Source: the human T2T-CHM13v2.0 reference genome, Homo sapiens. Taken from it: a DNA stretch of 64,000 nucleotides. Made by a program: the position numbers and the translations under genes. The DNA is taken from the NCBI RefSeq assembly GCF_009914755.1, contig NC_060925.1. One strand, given 5' to 3'. The notes under the pieces were generated by a model. The model saw only the letters and a program-made list of their open reading frames with translations, was not told the origin of the DNA and did not search any database. Of this stretch, positions 62,346 through 64,000 are shown in pieces. Positions within the stretch are counted from its first letter, which is position 1. Each line of letters begins with the position of its first letter.

Positions 62346-63464
62346 CAAAAATTTTATACCACTCAAGATGTACAAAAATCACCATTCAAGTTCCTTATTA
62401 TTATGTGGCCCATTAACGGAAGACCAAAAAAAAAAAAAAAGGATCCTGAGCTCAGTAATTCTCCTGGCGTAGCATTGTACATGTTAATCATTTTCTATTG
62501 TTTGCAACTGCTGGAACAGAACAGCAGCAGTCATTGTTCTTGCTGCCTATCAAGGATGACAAGAGATACCATCACAATTATGGGGTGATACATATGGCTC
62601 AAAACCATACCTCCTAGTGCTGGAAAAGGTACATTAGCAGAAGAGAAAGTGGTGAGATGACTGCATGGTTGCTCTAGGTAGATATATAATTGGACTGAGT
62701 TACTATGATTGGGATCTAAATCCAGCAAGAAAGGATCCACAAATACTTTCAGATGTGATTTCACCAGTCTTGTGTTTTAAATTTATCACTTGGTTGAATG
62801 GAGCATATGTTCATGTAATTTTCTTCTGTAAAAGTTATGTTTTCCATGCCCATATATAAGAATATCTTTATGCTGCCTCCACATATTACAAATAATTTGG
62901 CCAGGAATAAAATTATTGAATCCTTACTTTCTTTACTCAGAATGCTCTGAGTGTGACTTGAAAAAATATTTAGCATTGCTGAGAAGTCTGCAACATAAAA
63001 TCTGTTCCTTTGCTTATAATGCAAATAAAAAAAATTTCCTTGCATGAATGCTTATAGTACTTTCTTGCATTCCTTATAATTAGAAGCTGTTTTCAAAAGG
63101 TTTCTAGAAATGAGTCAAATTCTTGATTTTGCCTGAAATCCAGACCATGCTTTTATTCTTACTCTGGCCTATTATCATTTCTACAACATGTTCTTTAATT
63201 ATGTCAAATTATTTCCTCTATTTGTTCTAATGCATTCTTTAGGAACACCCATTAATTCCTTCTCTTCCATTTCTGCTGCTTGGAAAATAAGATTCATTTT
63301 TGTCTTGCTTTCTCATTCACACTCTCCCAGGCTCTCTTGATGTCTGTCTACGTGTCTGTCACCTTCTTTCTCATTGTTTTTACCTCTTTGTTCTTTTCTT
63401 CTTCTTCCTGAGAGTGCTTCTTGAGTTTGTCTTCTACATGACAGATAGTCTGCTCTACTAAGAG

Positions 63465-63781
63465 CAATGGGTCCCCAACCTTTTTGGCACCAGGAATGGG
63501 TTTCATGGAAGAAATTTTTTCCACAGACCAGGGGGCCCGGGGTGGAGTGATTTTGCGATGAAACTGTTCATCAGGATTCTCATTAGGAGCATGCAACCTA
63601 GATCCCTTGCATGTGCTGTTCCAACAGGGTGTGTGCTCCTATAAGAATCTAAAGCCACCACTGATCAGACAGTGGCTATAAATACAGGTGAAGCTTCTCT
63701 TGCCTGCTGCTCACCTGCTATATGGCCTGGTTCCTAATAGGCCACGGTAGGGGTCTGTGGCCTGATGGTTGGGGACCCCTG
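63465..63781 (+). mobile_element. MER1B-like hAT-Charlie MITE
   Basis: Terminal inverted repeats gggtccccaacc ... ggttggggacccctg. Confidence 0.88.
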
Positions 63782-64000
63782 TAGTAGAGCATAGTTAGTT
63801 CTGCTCTTTACTAATGCCATGTGATTTCCCCCCAGCTTTTCACTGTGAACAATTATCAAGCAAAAAAGTTGAGAGAATAATTCAAGGACCATCACATAAT
63901 TTCAATAACTGTGAGTATTTCACCATCTGTTATTCATTTATACATATGGGTGTGTTTAAAGGCTAAACCATTTGAAAATAAGCTGCAAATATTATAACAT

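Overview
Human (primate) genomic DNA holding the whole TLR5 (Toll-like receptor 5, flagellin sensor) gene on the minus strand. The 858-aa CDS lies in one terminal exon (16369-18945). Five non-coding leader exons are identifiable by splice signals: ~49215-49301 in a CpG-island promoter, 47685-47800 (Alu-derived), 43207-43292, 40711-40893 and 38504-38668. The rest is intronic or intergenic and rich in repeats: ~25 Alus, L1/L2/MIR remnants, a full THE1 provirus, LTR12, two MER4-type LTRs, MER51, MST/MLT elements and hAT MERs. I see no second convincing protein-coding gene and cannot support a wholly new biological system. The best leads are: (1) a sense-oriented LTR12 solo LTR ~3 kb upstream of the coding exon with intact promoter motifs and a weakened poly(A) signal, a candidate alternative TLR5 promoter; (2) a uORF-rich spliced leader in which exon skipping puts upstream ATGs in frame with TLR5; (3) fossil rearrangements: an inverted templated copy between two LTRs, Alu-Alu gene conversion, a probable L1 3' transduction and a 47-bp ectopic duplication. 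Repeat subfamily names are by eye and need RepeatMasker/Dfam confirmation.
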